Of a stretch of 64,000 nucleotides of DNA, positions 13,252 to 26,300 are shown piece after piece (within the stretch, counting starts at the first letter, position 1; each line of letters opens with the position of its first letter). Below the pieces are notes generated by a model. The model was not told the DNA's origin. It did no database searches and saw nothing but the letters and a program-made list of their open reading frames with translations. Both the position numbers and the translations under genes were made by a program. Origin of the DNA: Octopus bimaculoides. Its lineage: Eukaryota. The stretch covers positions 33,575,345-33,639,344 of the forward strand of contig NC_068990.1 in NCBI RefSeq assembly GCF_001194135.2, written 5' to 3'.

Positions 13252-13460
13252 TCTTCAGTAGGTAGTTTCATGTAAGTTTCTACTGCACCACTTGGTGCAT
13301 TTCTGTGTTCCTAAGATGTGTGTAGCATTTTGTGTTCTTATTTTTGTTGAGGCTGGAGAAGTATAGACTCCTTCCATTAGTGTATTTCATCAATTGGGTT
13401 TGTTGTAGGGTTTAGCTTGTAGTTTCTTGTCTTATATTTTTATTATATCAGTTCCCTGTG
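13190..13460 (-). mobile_element. Probable 3' end of an R4/Dong-like non-LTR retrotransposon with (TAA)n tail
   Basis: The minus strand ends ...aaactacctactgaagaa(ata)n, and (ATT)n at 13190-13250 would be its tail. The clade assignment rests on remembered similarity only. Confidence 0.35.
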
Positions 13461-16447
13461 TGTGTGTCTAAAGGAGACATCTCAGTGAGACAATAAACTA
13501 TCTTTCCACCAGAAAGAAGAGCCAGGTTCATATTCTGATGATGTCCTTTTAGATTGATCAGATGAACAGTTTGCCTGATTTAACAAAGTTGTTGTTGCTG
13601 TTGTTTTTGGAGGAGGGGTAACTTAAGGGGATTAATGTCATTGTTGTTGATAGCTGGAATAAATTCCATACAGTTTAGTATAGACACAATTTGTGAGGTG
13701 ATAACATTTTGTGGAGTGATTGATACAGAAACTATTTCAATTAAGATTATGCTGTTGCCTACTCAGGGAATAGAAGCTGTTATAGCTGTGATATTTCAGG
13801 AATGTTTAGTCCATTATGAGGGCAGCTAAATAAAGAGGAGTACACTACATTACCATTATCAAGCACTTTGGTCTTCTAAAGTAGCAAACTAAGGTTTAGG
13901 GTTTTCTGAGTTTTCTTTTGCTTACACAGTGACTCTATTTTTAGACTATTCTAGTGAAGACCTTCATCAATATTTCTTCTTCAGGACACATTTCTATGAA
14001 GCTATCATCTTGTTTCTATCTACTCATGTGCAATAATTCTGAGTTAGTATCAGCAAATTAACTAACCACAGTAAATAATCCTCATTATTCAATATTCACC
14101 ATAACAGAACTGGCTATTTGTATTGCTATTATTTTTAACAAAATAAACGCAGAAAACCTCAACAAACAAAGTCATAGAATCATAGCCCTTTTCTGTCTTA
14201 TCAAACTAATGAAACAAAGCACCACACATGCCACACTGCTATGAATATGGGTAAAGTGAGGAGAGGAGAATTAGAGTTTTTGTTTTATGAACAAAACTAA
14301 TAGAACCAACAAGAAGTTACATTTATAAAGGAAAAGAGATGATCTATTAATTACCTACAGTAATTATTCTGACTCAGTGAGTCAGTAGTAATGACCATCC
14401 TTGCTATATTAATACAGCCAACAATGGAAATGAATTGGCCAGTGAAGAGAATAGGCAGAATGCAATGGCAAAGAGATGTAAACTTTTCAATATCACCTAC
14501 AGAGTGTGATACTTAAGTATAACCAAAAGCTCAATTCAAATAAAGATATGAATAAACTTTACACCATGTAACAAGCTATATTTTCCTCTTTCATCTACAA
14601 ACTGTGTGTATGTGAGTAAGTGTGTGCAAGTGCGCGTGCGTACACACACGTACGATTCCTTTCCACAAATAATATTTTGGACAACTAGTTTACCAGAATT
14701 GTAATTTCAAGTTTCAATCTTAGATGAACAATTACATTTTATCAAAAATGTAGTCATGTTTTAGCCTTCTCCAGACTTTGCAATTAAATTAGAGGTAAGT
14801 GGTTATTATAATCATTTATTGTAAGGAAATGGACAATTTTGGAAGGATGATAGTTTAATAGAGTCTACTCTCTGACTGGTCATTATTTTAATATACCAAA
14901 GGACGAAACTTAAAGACATAAAAAAATAAGAGTGGTGGTGACTGGTGATGGTGATGGTGTTGGCGGTATATACTTTGGTTATTACATGATAAGTGAGATG
15001 TAAAGTTAGTTTGGTGAGGAGAGCAGTGATAATGAAATTTTTCAACACAACTGTATTACGGATTCCAATGTTATTTATACTGGATGATTGAAGAGCACAA
15101 CTGGAATCAGTAAAATTTGATCTGAGAAACATGGTAACAACTTAAATACTGTGAAACATTGGGGATCTGCAGTCTCAGTTATCTAAATTATGAATAATAT
15201 TAAATGATTATAAAAATAACTAAACAAAAAATAATAATAATAATAATATTGAAGATAATGGTAAAAACAACAAGTTTGAAAATAGCATTGACCAGAAAAA
15301 AAATAAACAGTTAAGTTTACAAGACAAGACTGTTAAAAGACTGGACAGCAATCATTGCTGATTTGACGGTAGATTCTATGACACTCAGTGTAGGATTACA
15401 ATTCTAAAACTCAAATTATGCTGATATCCAACGATTTTAACTTCTGTAGCCGATAATAAGAAAATATTTATTTTTTGTGGAGACTTAATCGTCTGCTATA
15501 TCAGGCAGATTAACTTGATGTCTGGACAATTTAAATCCGTTTCTGCCAAACTTTCTGAAAGTGTCTTCTCTCTAATAATTTGAATCAAACTCTATCTTCA
15601 AGAGAATCTGACCTCAGAATTTTGGTCAAATATTCATTACTCTATTTTCATGTTTTGCTTCTTTACAGTTCATTATTTCTTTATATCATTATGTGAAAAT
15701 AAAATAAATTTCTCAAGATACCTAGAAGATAAGAAGATATAATATGATGCCATTAAGGATTATTTTGATTATTCTATCCAGACATTTAATCCTTTGCCTT
15801 CAGTTTTTTTCCTTTCTTTAACTTCACAAAGTTTGCTAAACTCAAGATTACGACTGAGAAATCCTTGCTCAAGTAGTACAGTAGCAATAATTCTAATAAT
15901 AAAAGTCATACAAGTATATAGGTTTCACTTCTTTATATCAATTAAATTTTTCTATCTTTTATTTATTGTAGGTCTGATATTTATTGTTCTTTTATTGTTC
16001 TTAGCCAAAAATGTTATACAACATAAAGTTGCAGTAGAATATTGTTTTACTTGATAGAAAGAAAAATATAATTTTTAAAATCAGATTAATTTAAAATCAC
16101 TATTGTTTACTATTTTCTAATGGAATTTGAAGTTTTAGACTCACTATAGTTTATAAAATATAGTTCAGTGACATTTACAGCAAACAAACATTGACACTGC
16201 AATGGTAGGTGGCTAAAAGGTGAGATAAGGGTTCATTTAAGAATTATTCCAGGTGAAAATAAATCTGGTATCTATTTTCTATACTATTCAGAATATATTA
16301 TCTCAACAATGTCAATGATATGTATAAAAACCAAAACGTGGATTTTCAACTATCTCCTAACTGGTGTACTTTGATATAACTATATTAGTAAAATGACAAC
16401 AGTTAACATAATATAATCTAAAATATATATATATAAATATAAAGTAA

Positions 16448-16695
16448 AAGGTGAAGGCATGTGACTTAGTAGATAGGCTGTTGCAGTTAGGATCACTAGA
16501 TCATGGGTTCTATTCTTGAACAAAACACTTCATTTTGCATTGTTCCAGTCCCTCTTTTGATCGGTGGGGAATGTTGGCTTGCTTGCCTAGACAGCAGGGT
16601 GGTGTCATTTGAAGGCTAAAACAGTGCAAAACATATTGTGACCAGCAATGTGTAACAATATCTGATAGCCTGGTCACTCATGTGATCATGTGATA
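16448..16695 (+). mobile_element. tRNA-derived SINE, degenerate
   Basis: Head aaggcatgtgacttagtag...gggttctatt...cttgaacaaaacacttcattt matches the heads at 22505-23007 and 38778-38874. It ends in repeated (ca)tgtgat. Confidence 0.6.
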
Positions 16696-16862
16696 AAGTA
16701 AAACATAGAATTTATTGAAAGCTGAAGTCTTTTAAATGTATTCTATCCATTTCTATGACCATGATTCCTCAACCCAGGACTTCTCAGACCTTTTATTTGA
16801 TTCAACCCTCTTAACAAAACTTAATTTCCATTCACCCAAACAAATTGAATATCGTTTTCAAA

Positions 16863-17308
16863 TTTTGGCACAAGGCCAGCAATTTCGGGAAAGGGAGCAA
16901 GTCAATTACATTGACCCCATTTCTCAACTGGTAATTATGTTATCAACCCCAAAAGAATGAAAATCAAAGTCAACCTTAGTGGTATTTGAACTCAGAACAT
17001 AAATATGGCCAAAATACTGCCTATTATTTCACTCGGCATGCTAATGATTCTGCCAGCTCCCTGCCTTAATAATAATAATAATAATAGACCCTTCTATTAT
17101 TAGCACAAGGCCTGAAATTTTTGGGGGGGAGGCTGTGTGAATCGATTACATCTACTCCAGTGCTCAACCAGCACTTATTTTATCGACCCTGAAAGGATGA
17201 AACGCCAAGTCAACCTCAGTGGCATTTGAACTCTGAATGCAAAGACAAATGAAATGCTACAGAGTATTTTTCCCCAGTGTGCTAATGATTCTGTTAGCTC
17301 ACCACCTT
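16863..17308 (-). mobile_element. Two head-to-tail family B SINEs separated by an (AAT)n tail
   Basis: Copies at 16863-17067 and 17068-17308 both contain the reverse complement of ggcagaatc.ttagc...gagttcaaat...ctttcatcc...ggggtcgataaaataag. The central block resembles the MetaSINE domain (from memory). Confidence 0.85.
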
Positions 17309-18499
17309 AAAATTAATCAAATATTAAATTACAAAACATAATTAACATATCAATGTTTAACATGAGAAAAGAACCAGTAAATTATAAATGGAAATGCACT
17401 ATTAATGACTGAATGATTTCTTTTTTTTTTCTTTTTGTTAATGGGCAGGTTAGATTTTGTGGGCATNNNNNNNNNNCCAGATTTGCAAATCACTGTTCTG
17501 TTTTCAAAATGCTTCTCTGTTGCAAATAATGCATTTAGCTAAGCTCTGATTCCACCATATACAAACTAAGACAAGCAAATAAAAAATGGGCTTGGCAGTG
17601 GCACAATACTTAGAATATTTTACTAGTTTTATTTCCTTTTGTCCATTCAGTAATAGCCAATTCCTTATAAATGTTAAAACAGACTTTGCTTCAAAAGGGG
17701 AAGTACTTTCAATAAATTCTTAAGAAAAAGGTCTAAATCTTCACTTCAATTTTATATGGAGAAATAATTAATTCAGGAACTCTTCTGCTTAGAAGATCCT
17801 TGAATTGAGCTTAAAATTTCCTTGAAAATTCTTAATAGATAAGTCAGTCATTATTCAAATCCCTTTCTTCTTATTGCTCTATGAAGGACAAATTTGCAAA
17901 ATACTGACAATTGTATCAACCCAAAGTAGATTTGTATAAACAAAGTTTAGCCTGAAATTCAAAAATAGTAGCTCTAACCTCAATTATTCTGATGTCTTTC
18001 TTTGTAATCTCTTTTTTATTTCTTTAAATTTCCTATATAAGTCTGCTAGTGTAACTCATTGTGTCTTCTTTTGTGAAAATATGGTTATATGTGTGAAAGA
18101 CATTAAAAAGATCTAGACCTTTTCAATCAACTAGATAATTCATTCTTTTCAATGACCCATTTGTTTTCAATGGATTATATGTGAATAACACAACTCTAGT
18201 GGTCATCACATCCAATCAGACATTTTGCAAGTTGTACAATATCTTGCAACTAATCTACATGATCCAGAGATTTCTATCCTCATGTTATGAAGGGATTTAT
18301 GAATACAAACTTGTAAATTTACCTTTTTTGTGGGCCCCTAAACTTTTACTTACCCAGGTAGCATTTTATTCACTCCCAGGGGCCTATATGAAGCACCTTA
18401 AAACCCTGCTCTACCTGATGTAATTAAACAGATAGTATATAATGAGTAGCCAGATACTGCTTACATTGTTATATTCATCATTGTTTTCAGTGTCTTAAT

Positions 18500-18900
18500 A
18501 TCTATATGTCCATGGCTCTGCGTCAATTAGACAGGCCAAAAGTACAGTCTATCACCTTTCAGTAATAGGCTGTCTGTCATCTCTCTCCATTATTGTGTCA
18601 GATAGGTTCACAGTACAGTCTAAGCCCTGCTTCCCTCTCTGTGTATTACCACTCTTTATGGTCTTGTGTCTGAACTACATTACAAAACATCATGGGATCT
18701 GACCACACCACTTTTATCTTCCTCAACCACAACTATATTCCAAAGATGGCACATTATGATATCACCCCATGCAACACTCACCATTCACTTTCCTTACCAG
18801 TCATCTCTGTTTCTCACTTCCCTGAGGCCTTTAAGGTAACTTTCTTAGATTAGTTGTTCTTGATATTTCATATGTACATACTTAATATTAAACGTATACC
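18500..18900 (-). mobile_element. Decayed RTE-like LINE 3' remnant
   Basis: The minus strand has the purine-rich character and W.HG/GK motifs of the RTE C-terminal region, but is very degenerate. Confidence 0.3.
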
Positions 18901-20689
18901 TTCACTCATTTCTTTTCATCTTTCATAGATCTTCAACACAGTTCAATATTCCTGCAGGAGTACCGTGCAGTTAATCTTTACTTATTGCAACTTTACCTTT
19001 GTACAAAAATAGACTTCTTTGATAAGATTTTCTAGAATTTTTTAAGCAAAAGTTTCCTATACTCTAAATCTCTTCCGAAAAGATCATACATTCATTGTGT
19101 GTCTATTACTGTCATATTTCTCTGGCTAGGTGGAGCAACAATAACCATGTAAAACATGTTAATATAAGGATGATGACAACAATGGCGGTGTTGGCAACGA
19201 TGATATAAAGTTAAGCAGAAATATTACTTTCCTTTAAGACTATAAAACACTTTTAGGAAAAAAAAAAAAAAATCTAGCATAGTAAGCAGTAAGTCTATTT
19301 TAGCCACCTCACAGCTGGCCGTCTCTGAAATGTTGTGGTTCTCCTTATAAGATGACCTTTCACAGACATAATGGTGTGGCTACCAAGTGAAATATCTTTC
19401 CGAGGCTGCCAATATACAGAATCCAATAAAATGCCAGGAAATGTTTGCTTCCATTCTAGTTTAGCTGTATTTTAGTTTGCCAATGGAATGCATTTCTATA
19501 GATTATTCTACTTTTGGATTCATCCCTACCCAACTATTGAGATTTCAATGGCATGCAGGTTAAGATACCCACATTAGTATTGATGGGTATCTATCCATCT
19601 TTCTAACATCGTAAAATTTATTTCTCAATGTTGCTATACATTAACTATCTTATTCTTCAGACATTTATATTAAATGTGGTCAGTTCATTTTCCACAAATG
19701 GCCAAAAGGAGATACTTTGTTCACAACAAATTGATAATTCAGCTCTATTTTAAAGTCCAGAAGAAACCTAGAAAGCTGAGATGTGAGCCTGTCTTAAAAT
19801 ACACAAGTTAAAAAATATCCTAAACTTTCAATGTGACAAAATAAACTGTTTATGGTAGAAGCACCAGGATAAATAGATGTTAATTAAAGGAGTGGTGGAG
19901 GTGGGTATATCTAAGAATGACAACCACACACACATACACACACAAAACAAAACCATTACATTAAAAAATTATTCAAATATTCACATTTGTTACTCAAAAA
20001 TCAGTGTATAAAAAGTGTAAAAGTGGATTTCCCTCAGTTTCTGTGATGAAAACTCCGTTGTTCAATCAACTGAGAGATACCATGCTACAATATTTCTCTC
20101 TAACTTGCAGAGAACAGTTGCTAATAAGTCTAATATAATGAAATTAGCATTATGAAGCTATTTCTTGTACAGTATATTAATTTTTCTAATCATAATAACT
20201 CTTCATTTTCATCCACAACTCTTCTGTACAAGTTAAAAGTAATTATTCCAACAATTATCCAAGTAATTATACTCAACGACTTTACACTATAATACTACAG
20301 GTAAGCTGCAAGCTAATCTGCTGGAATAGATTAACTTACGTCTTACCTGTAAGGTTATAGTTCAAGCGGCTGAGTATTCCACAGACATGCTTACCCTTGA
20401 TATACTCTGCAGACAGAATCTGAACCAATGAATTATAGGTAAAATCCATTCATTGATGTTCCACACAGTTTCTGCCAACCTAATTTCACAGGTTAGGCTT
20501 AGGTTGACCTGAGACAATAGACACTAAGACATCACACAGTGGAACTGAACCTATAAAATGAAGAGGCAGTCAACTGCTTGTGAATTTATTGTGTCACACC
20601 AGCCATGTCTTTCCTTCATCCTATGCTACCACCATACATTTTGTAACTCAGGGAGCTTAGATGTAACCAAATCTGTTAGAATAATTACA

Positions 20690-21110
20690 TGTTGTTATTG
20701 CTGCTGCCACTGCTGCTCCTGCTGCCACTGCTGCTACTGTTGCCACCACTGCTGCTGCTGCCACTACTGTTGAAGTCTCTGCTGCCACTCCTGCCACTGC
20801 TACCACCATCGCCACCACTGTCACTACTGCCACTACTTCCACCATTGTCTCCGTCGTCATCATCATCATTAGTTTTCCGTGCTGGTAAGAATTGGACAGT
20901 TTGACAGGAGCTGACCATCTAGAGAGCTGAAAGAGGTTCCAATTGTCTGTTTTGGTAAGGTTTCTACAGCCAGATGCCCTTCCTAATGCCAACCACTTCA
21001 CAAAGTGTACTAGATGCTTTTTACATGGCACCAGCATAGGTACTTTATATGTGGACCCAGCATGGGTTTTTTTTATGTGGTTGCAGCACGGGTGATTTTT
21101 ACTTGGCATC
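20690..21110 (-). mobile_element. Family C SINE with an expanded, drifting trinucleotide tail
   Basis: Core ttctacagccagatgcccttcctaatgccaaccacttcaca (20961-21002) is shared with copies at 33.5, 49.3 and 53.9 kb. The tail drifts from CAT to CCA to CTG. Confidence 0.8.
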
Positions 21111-21494
21111 AGCTTGTAAAAGAGTTAGCTTCATAATTTCATTGAATTATGTACCACAGCCTTATCACCAGCAGGTCCCTACAAGTTAGAGAAGAATAAT
21201 GTGACATTTCAATGTTCATTCAAACTGTCCAAATCATGGTTATCTTCTTTCTTTTTTTTTTGGGGGGGGGGGTTAAAGTCATGGGTGCATGTAGCTAAAG
21301 AGAACCACTTACAGAGATTCCTTGAATTAGGTTGCAAAGGAAATATGGATTCTGAAGGCAAGTTAAACCCAACTGACATGTCATGTACTTCAGGACTGTA
21401 GATTTGGTTCTTAAGTCACAAGAGCTCCTTACTATTTAGATATAAGCATGCCAACAGCAGACATGTGACCTTTGACATGTAAGGTATATGAGTT

Positions 21495-21880
21495 GATGTA
21501 TGGTAAGAAGCTTGCTTCTCAACCACATAGTTCTAGGTTCAGTCCCACTGTGTGGCACCTTGAGCAAGTGTCTTCTGCTACAGCCTTGGGCTGACCAAAG
21601 CCTTATGAGTGGATTTGGTAGATGGAAACTGAAACAAGCCTGTCATATATATGCTTGTGCATATGCGACATGCATGCGCATGTGTGTGTTTGCTCTCTGC
21701 CACTGTTTGACAACTAGTATTGGTGTGTAGCAGTTTTGCAAAAGAGATTGATAGAATAAATACCAGGCTTAAAAAATAAAAAAAAGTCATGGGAAGAATT
21801 CATTCAACTAGAAATTCATCAAGGCAGTGCTCCAGCATGGCTGCAGTCTAATGACTGAAACAAGTAAAAAAACAAAAGAG
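21495..21880 (+). mobile_element. Family A SINE, near full-length
   Basis: tggtaagaagcttgcttctcaaccac...ggttcagtcccactg...gagtggatttggtagatggaaactg...tgctccagcatggctgcagtctaatgactgaaacaagtaaaa. Confidence 0.85.
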
Positions 21881-22276
21881 AAAAGGAGGTGGGTACATAC
21901 AAGTAAAGCTAAAGAGAATCACTGGTTTGAAAATAGTCAAATGTCATATGATACTAGCTGACCACGTGCAGTCAACGATGAAAGGTAATTGTAGTATTTT
22001 ATATATAAATAAGGTACAAAATAAGGTACATAACAATCACACATACAAGCCTTCACATACTTCCCTTGTACACACACATACACACATATACTCACACAGT
22101 TCAAATGCTGATTTTTTTTCACCCCTTCCTTCCTTATTCATCTATCACCCCTTCCCTTCTCTCATTGCAATTACTTTCTCTCACACCCTCTCAGTCAGGG
22201 CTATTACTCTCACTACTTCTCCTTCACTGAATTACTATTTACTCTCCTCATCTGCGTCCACCATGATTCTGGACAA

Positions 22277-22313
<37 letters not shown>

Positions 22314-22504
22314 AATATATAAAAATACTAAGCTCATTATTATATTAGGAGTTTTCATTTTCCTGTCAGCTGACACTTGCGCACACATGTGGATGTGTAT
22401 GTTTGTGAGTGCACAGATAGATAATAAAACCAAGTTTTGATGTAAATATATTAGTTTTGAACTGCACCACTATTTATGTGGTTGCACAATGGTAAGTAAA
22501 GGTA

Positions 22505-23007
22505 CAGTTACTGTCTTGAGTCATACTGACTCATAAGGGCTGGTTTCCTGGTTTCATGGCATATAAATTCCCCACCTGGATGGGACACCAATCCGTCACA
22601 GGATTACGCATTTTTACCAGCTGAGTGTGTGAAATGAAGTGATTTGCTCAAGAACACAATGCATCACCTGGTCCAGGAATCGAAACCACTATCTTACGAT
22701 CATGAGTCCAACAACCCTAACCACTAAGCCATGTGCCTACATGCCTCCAAAATGGATAAAGTTACCTACTCAAATCATACTGACTTATAACGGTCAGTTT
22801 CCCAATTTCCATGGCGTATATATTCTCCACCTGGACAGGATGCTGGTTCATCACAGGATTACTCGTTTTTGCCAGCTGAGTGGTCAGGAGCAATGTGAAA
22901 GGAAGTGTTTTGCTCAAGAACACAATGCGCCACCCAATTCCGAAATTGAAACCACAATCTTACGATCATGAGTCCAATGCTATAACCATTAAACCACATG
23001 CCTCCAC
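22505..23007 (-). mobile_element. Tandem pair of tRNA-derived SINEs (22505-22740 and 22771-23007)
   Basis: The two directly repeated copies align with each other. Minus-strand head has A box tggcttagtgg and B box ggtttcgattcc, with a tRNA-like ggactcatgatc loop. Confidence 0.85.
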
Positions 23008-23361
23008 GTGCAGTGGCCTGGGAACAAAATTTGCTTAGGGGGTGCAAACTCAGTTTCAAAATTTGGCATTACTGGAGAAGTGTGGATCCGAGTTCTGGGA
23101 GTGTGCATGTCACAAATTTGCGCATGCGCCTGCGTTAGTCGTATGTAGTCGAATTTAGCACACAGGTAAAAAATGAGACGCGCGCTACTTGCTGTAAATG
23201 GAGGGTGGGTTATCCATCTAACACAAGAAGAAAATTGCAGATAAATTGAATAAAAACATGAAAAATAACCAAATGATATTTCATTGAAATGTAAACCATT
23301 CTGAAAGATAGTTCAGAATGTTTTCAAAACATTCATGTCCAGCTTTTCCCATATTTTATTA

Positions 23362-23398
23362 AGGGTTAGGGGTTAGGGTTAGGGTTTAAAGTTAGGGG
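23362..23398 (+). repeat. Short degenerate (TTAGGG)n telomere-like tract next to an 803-N gap
   Basis: agggttaggggttagggttagggtttaaagttagggg read directly; the gap spans 23406-24208. Confidence 0.8.
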
Positions 23399-26300
23399 AG
23401 GTGAANNNNNNNNNNNNNNNNNNNNNNNNNNNNNNNNNNNNNNNNNNNNNNNNNNNNNNNNNNNNNNNNNNNNNNNNNNNNNNNNNNNNNNNNNNNNNNN
23501 NNNNNNNNNNNNNNNNNNNNNNNNNNNNNNNNNNNNNNNNNNNNNNNNNNNNNNNNNNNNNNNNNNNNNNNNNNNNNNNNNNNNNNNNNNNNNNNNNNNN
23601 NNNNNNNNNNNNNNNNNNNNNNNNNNNNNNNNNNNNNNNNNNNNNNNNNNNNNNNNNNNNNNNNNNNNNNNNNNNNNNNNNNNNNNNNNNNNNNNNNNNN
23701 NNNNNNNNNNNNNNNNNNNNNNNNNNNNNNNNNNNNNNNNNNNNNNNNNNNNNNNNNNNNNNNNNNNNNNNNNNNNNNNNNNNNNNNNNNNNNNNNNNNN
23801 NNNNNNNNNNNNNNNNNNNNNNNNNNNNNNNNNNNNNNNNNNNNNNNNNNNNNNNNNNNNNNNNNNNNNNNNNNNNNNNNNNNNNNNNNNNNNNNNNNNN
23901 NNNNNNNNNNNNNNNNNNNNNNNNNNNNNNNNNNNNNNNNNNNNNNNNNNNNNNNNNNNNNNNNNNNNNNNNNNNNNNNNNNNNNNNNNNNNNNNNNNNN
24001 NNNNNNNNNNNNNNNNNNNNNNNNNNNNNNNNNNNNNNNNNNNNNNNNNNNNNNNNNNNNNNNNNNNNNNNNNNNNNNNNNNNNNNNNNNNNNNNNNNNN
24101 NNNNNNNNNNNNNNNNNNNNNNNNNNNNNNNNNNNNNNNNNNNNNNNNNNNNNNNNNNNNNNNNNNNNNNNNNNNNNNNNNNNNNNNNNNNNNNNNNNNN
24201 NNNNNNNNATATATATATATATATATATATATACTCACACACACACACATACACATGCATATTTACACACATAACACATATACACACATGCTTACATACT
24301 CACGCGTACACACACACACACATATATGTTGTAAATTGTAACATCTTTACATCATTATTTTTCTATCTTAAGATTCCGTTCACAAACATAAAATTTGATG
24401 TTGTTTATAGAAATATATTATCTGATATTTTTATCATTTATTCATATAAACATACAACTACTAGAACTCCTATCATCACCCTATCACGACTACTACCACC
24501 ACCACCACCACCACCACCACCACTACAATCACCAGTATCACCACTATTAGCATTAGCACTCCAGTCCCCACTCTCACCACTACAACACCCCTGTCATCAC
24601 AACTATCATCGTTACTACCACGCTAACCTCACCACATGGAGACCACCACTACAACCACCAGTGCCAACACCACTACTATCACCACTTTCATTTTCATATC
24701 TCACATATTGCAGAAATGTATTTTAATTCAGAAGCTATAATTTGCTTGCTATTTGAAGAATCAAAGTTGCAGAATGCAATGAATAAACATGATTATCATA
24801 GAAGAATCTTTGGTAAGTAACGTTAATGGTGTGAAAATATGAAACAGAAAGAAAAAAGGATGAAGAAATGCAAAATATCCTGATAGCAACCTTTCCACGT
24901 TCCTCCATCTAAATTAAAAGATTACTAGTGCCTAAAACCTGCAGAAAATAAACTAATCACAATATTTCTAGTTATCTTTTATTTGTTCTAACATTTACAG
25001 TTATCTTTGATCAATTGATGCAACAAAAATGTTAACTTGGTAAAGTTAAACTCCATTTCGTGGTTGACAGAGCATTTAGAGATAATTTCTAAAGTTTGTG
25101 TTTAGATCTTACTAAGCATTTGCACACTTAAATATAAACAACAATTACAACTTTAAAATAAAAATTTAAAAAAAAAAAGAAATTGGTGAAAAAGAAGCCA
25201 TTATTTCATTGATTAGTTTTGGGAAAAAGTGAAAAATTCACTAAGAGATAACATTTTCTAAAGATAAAATCTAAAATTTATTGGTTATTTTTCTCTGTTC
25301 TGAATGACATAGTTAGACGCCAAAAATAAAGAAAAATGAAAATTACATTGAAATTAAATAATTTTCAAAAAATTTATGAATTGTTCTAGAATAGTTTAAT
25401 AATGTAAAATAAGATATAACAAAAACAAAAAAAACCTAAAGGGAATCAACTAATAACAAAATCTCTTTACAGTTCGAATATTTTACTGCATTACACAAAA
25501 GCAATTTGAAAGCTAAATCCAAGGCTTACTTTAAATTTATGGGTGGAAAAAATATATTTGGATTATTTGTGATATTTTCCAATATGTATTGCTAACTATT
25601 TAAAAGTGGAGAAATTTCATTTCTACTAAAAGTTGTGAATAGTAATGTCAAGGAAGAAATAGAAAGTTTAAAAAGAAACCTTTAGCAATTAATGTTTTAA
25701 AAGCACTTTGAATTACACATGTATAAAACACTGATAAAGCCAGCATTTGAAATATTTAATATTTTCTGTAAAAAAGAAATATTCTATGAAGATGACGGTA
25801 TTCTTCTTTAAATTACTTTCTACATATTTTAAAAATAATTTTGCCAGGAAACACTAAAAGTTCTCACAACCAGCTGACAATTCATTAATGCAACCAAACA
25901 AGTAGCCAGAAGTGATGTTCTGGCTAAGAAACGGTAAAGTCTTTGAAAGAAATCTGACAAGAGATTCCTCTCATTGTGAATTAGTTGAAGAGGAAGTAAT
26001 GAATTAACTCTGTCAATGAGCTTTGACTCTGCTACGTCACTTATTGAAATACCAGGTAAAATAGAAAAGATGATTAGAAGATGGTCGACCTAACACTTCT
26101 CAATGAGGAAATAAAATAGAAGAGGAAGAAGGAAAAGCCAAGAGGAAAACGACAGATTTTTATTTGATATTTGCTCTGCTCATGAATAAAAATTACAAAG
26201 TAATAAATAGGAAAGAAGAGAAAATTAATCAAACAGAGATATGTTTTATTTTGAAATTTTTCTTACTCTTGCAAATATTTTGTGATTAGACATGGAGTGT

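Noticed and set aside
20285-20352. Imperfect hairpin bounded by tacaggtaag/cttacctgta with splice-donor-like ends
   Set aside because: It adjoins sequence resembling the SINE body at 50960-51325, so it is probably repeat-internal.
23366-24726. Long ORFs of 296-441 aa, and similar ones at 8.7-9.4, 33.9-34.5, 37.5-38.0 and 59.2-60.0 kb
   Set aside because: They are open only because they run through N gaps and (TA)n or (CA)n repeats.
25903-25926. Perfect 9-bp hairpin tagccagaa-gtgatg-ttctggcta
   Set aside because: One or two such stems are expected by chance in 64 kb, and there is no supporting context.
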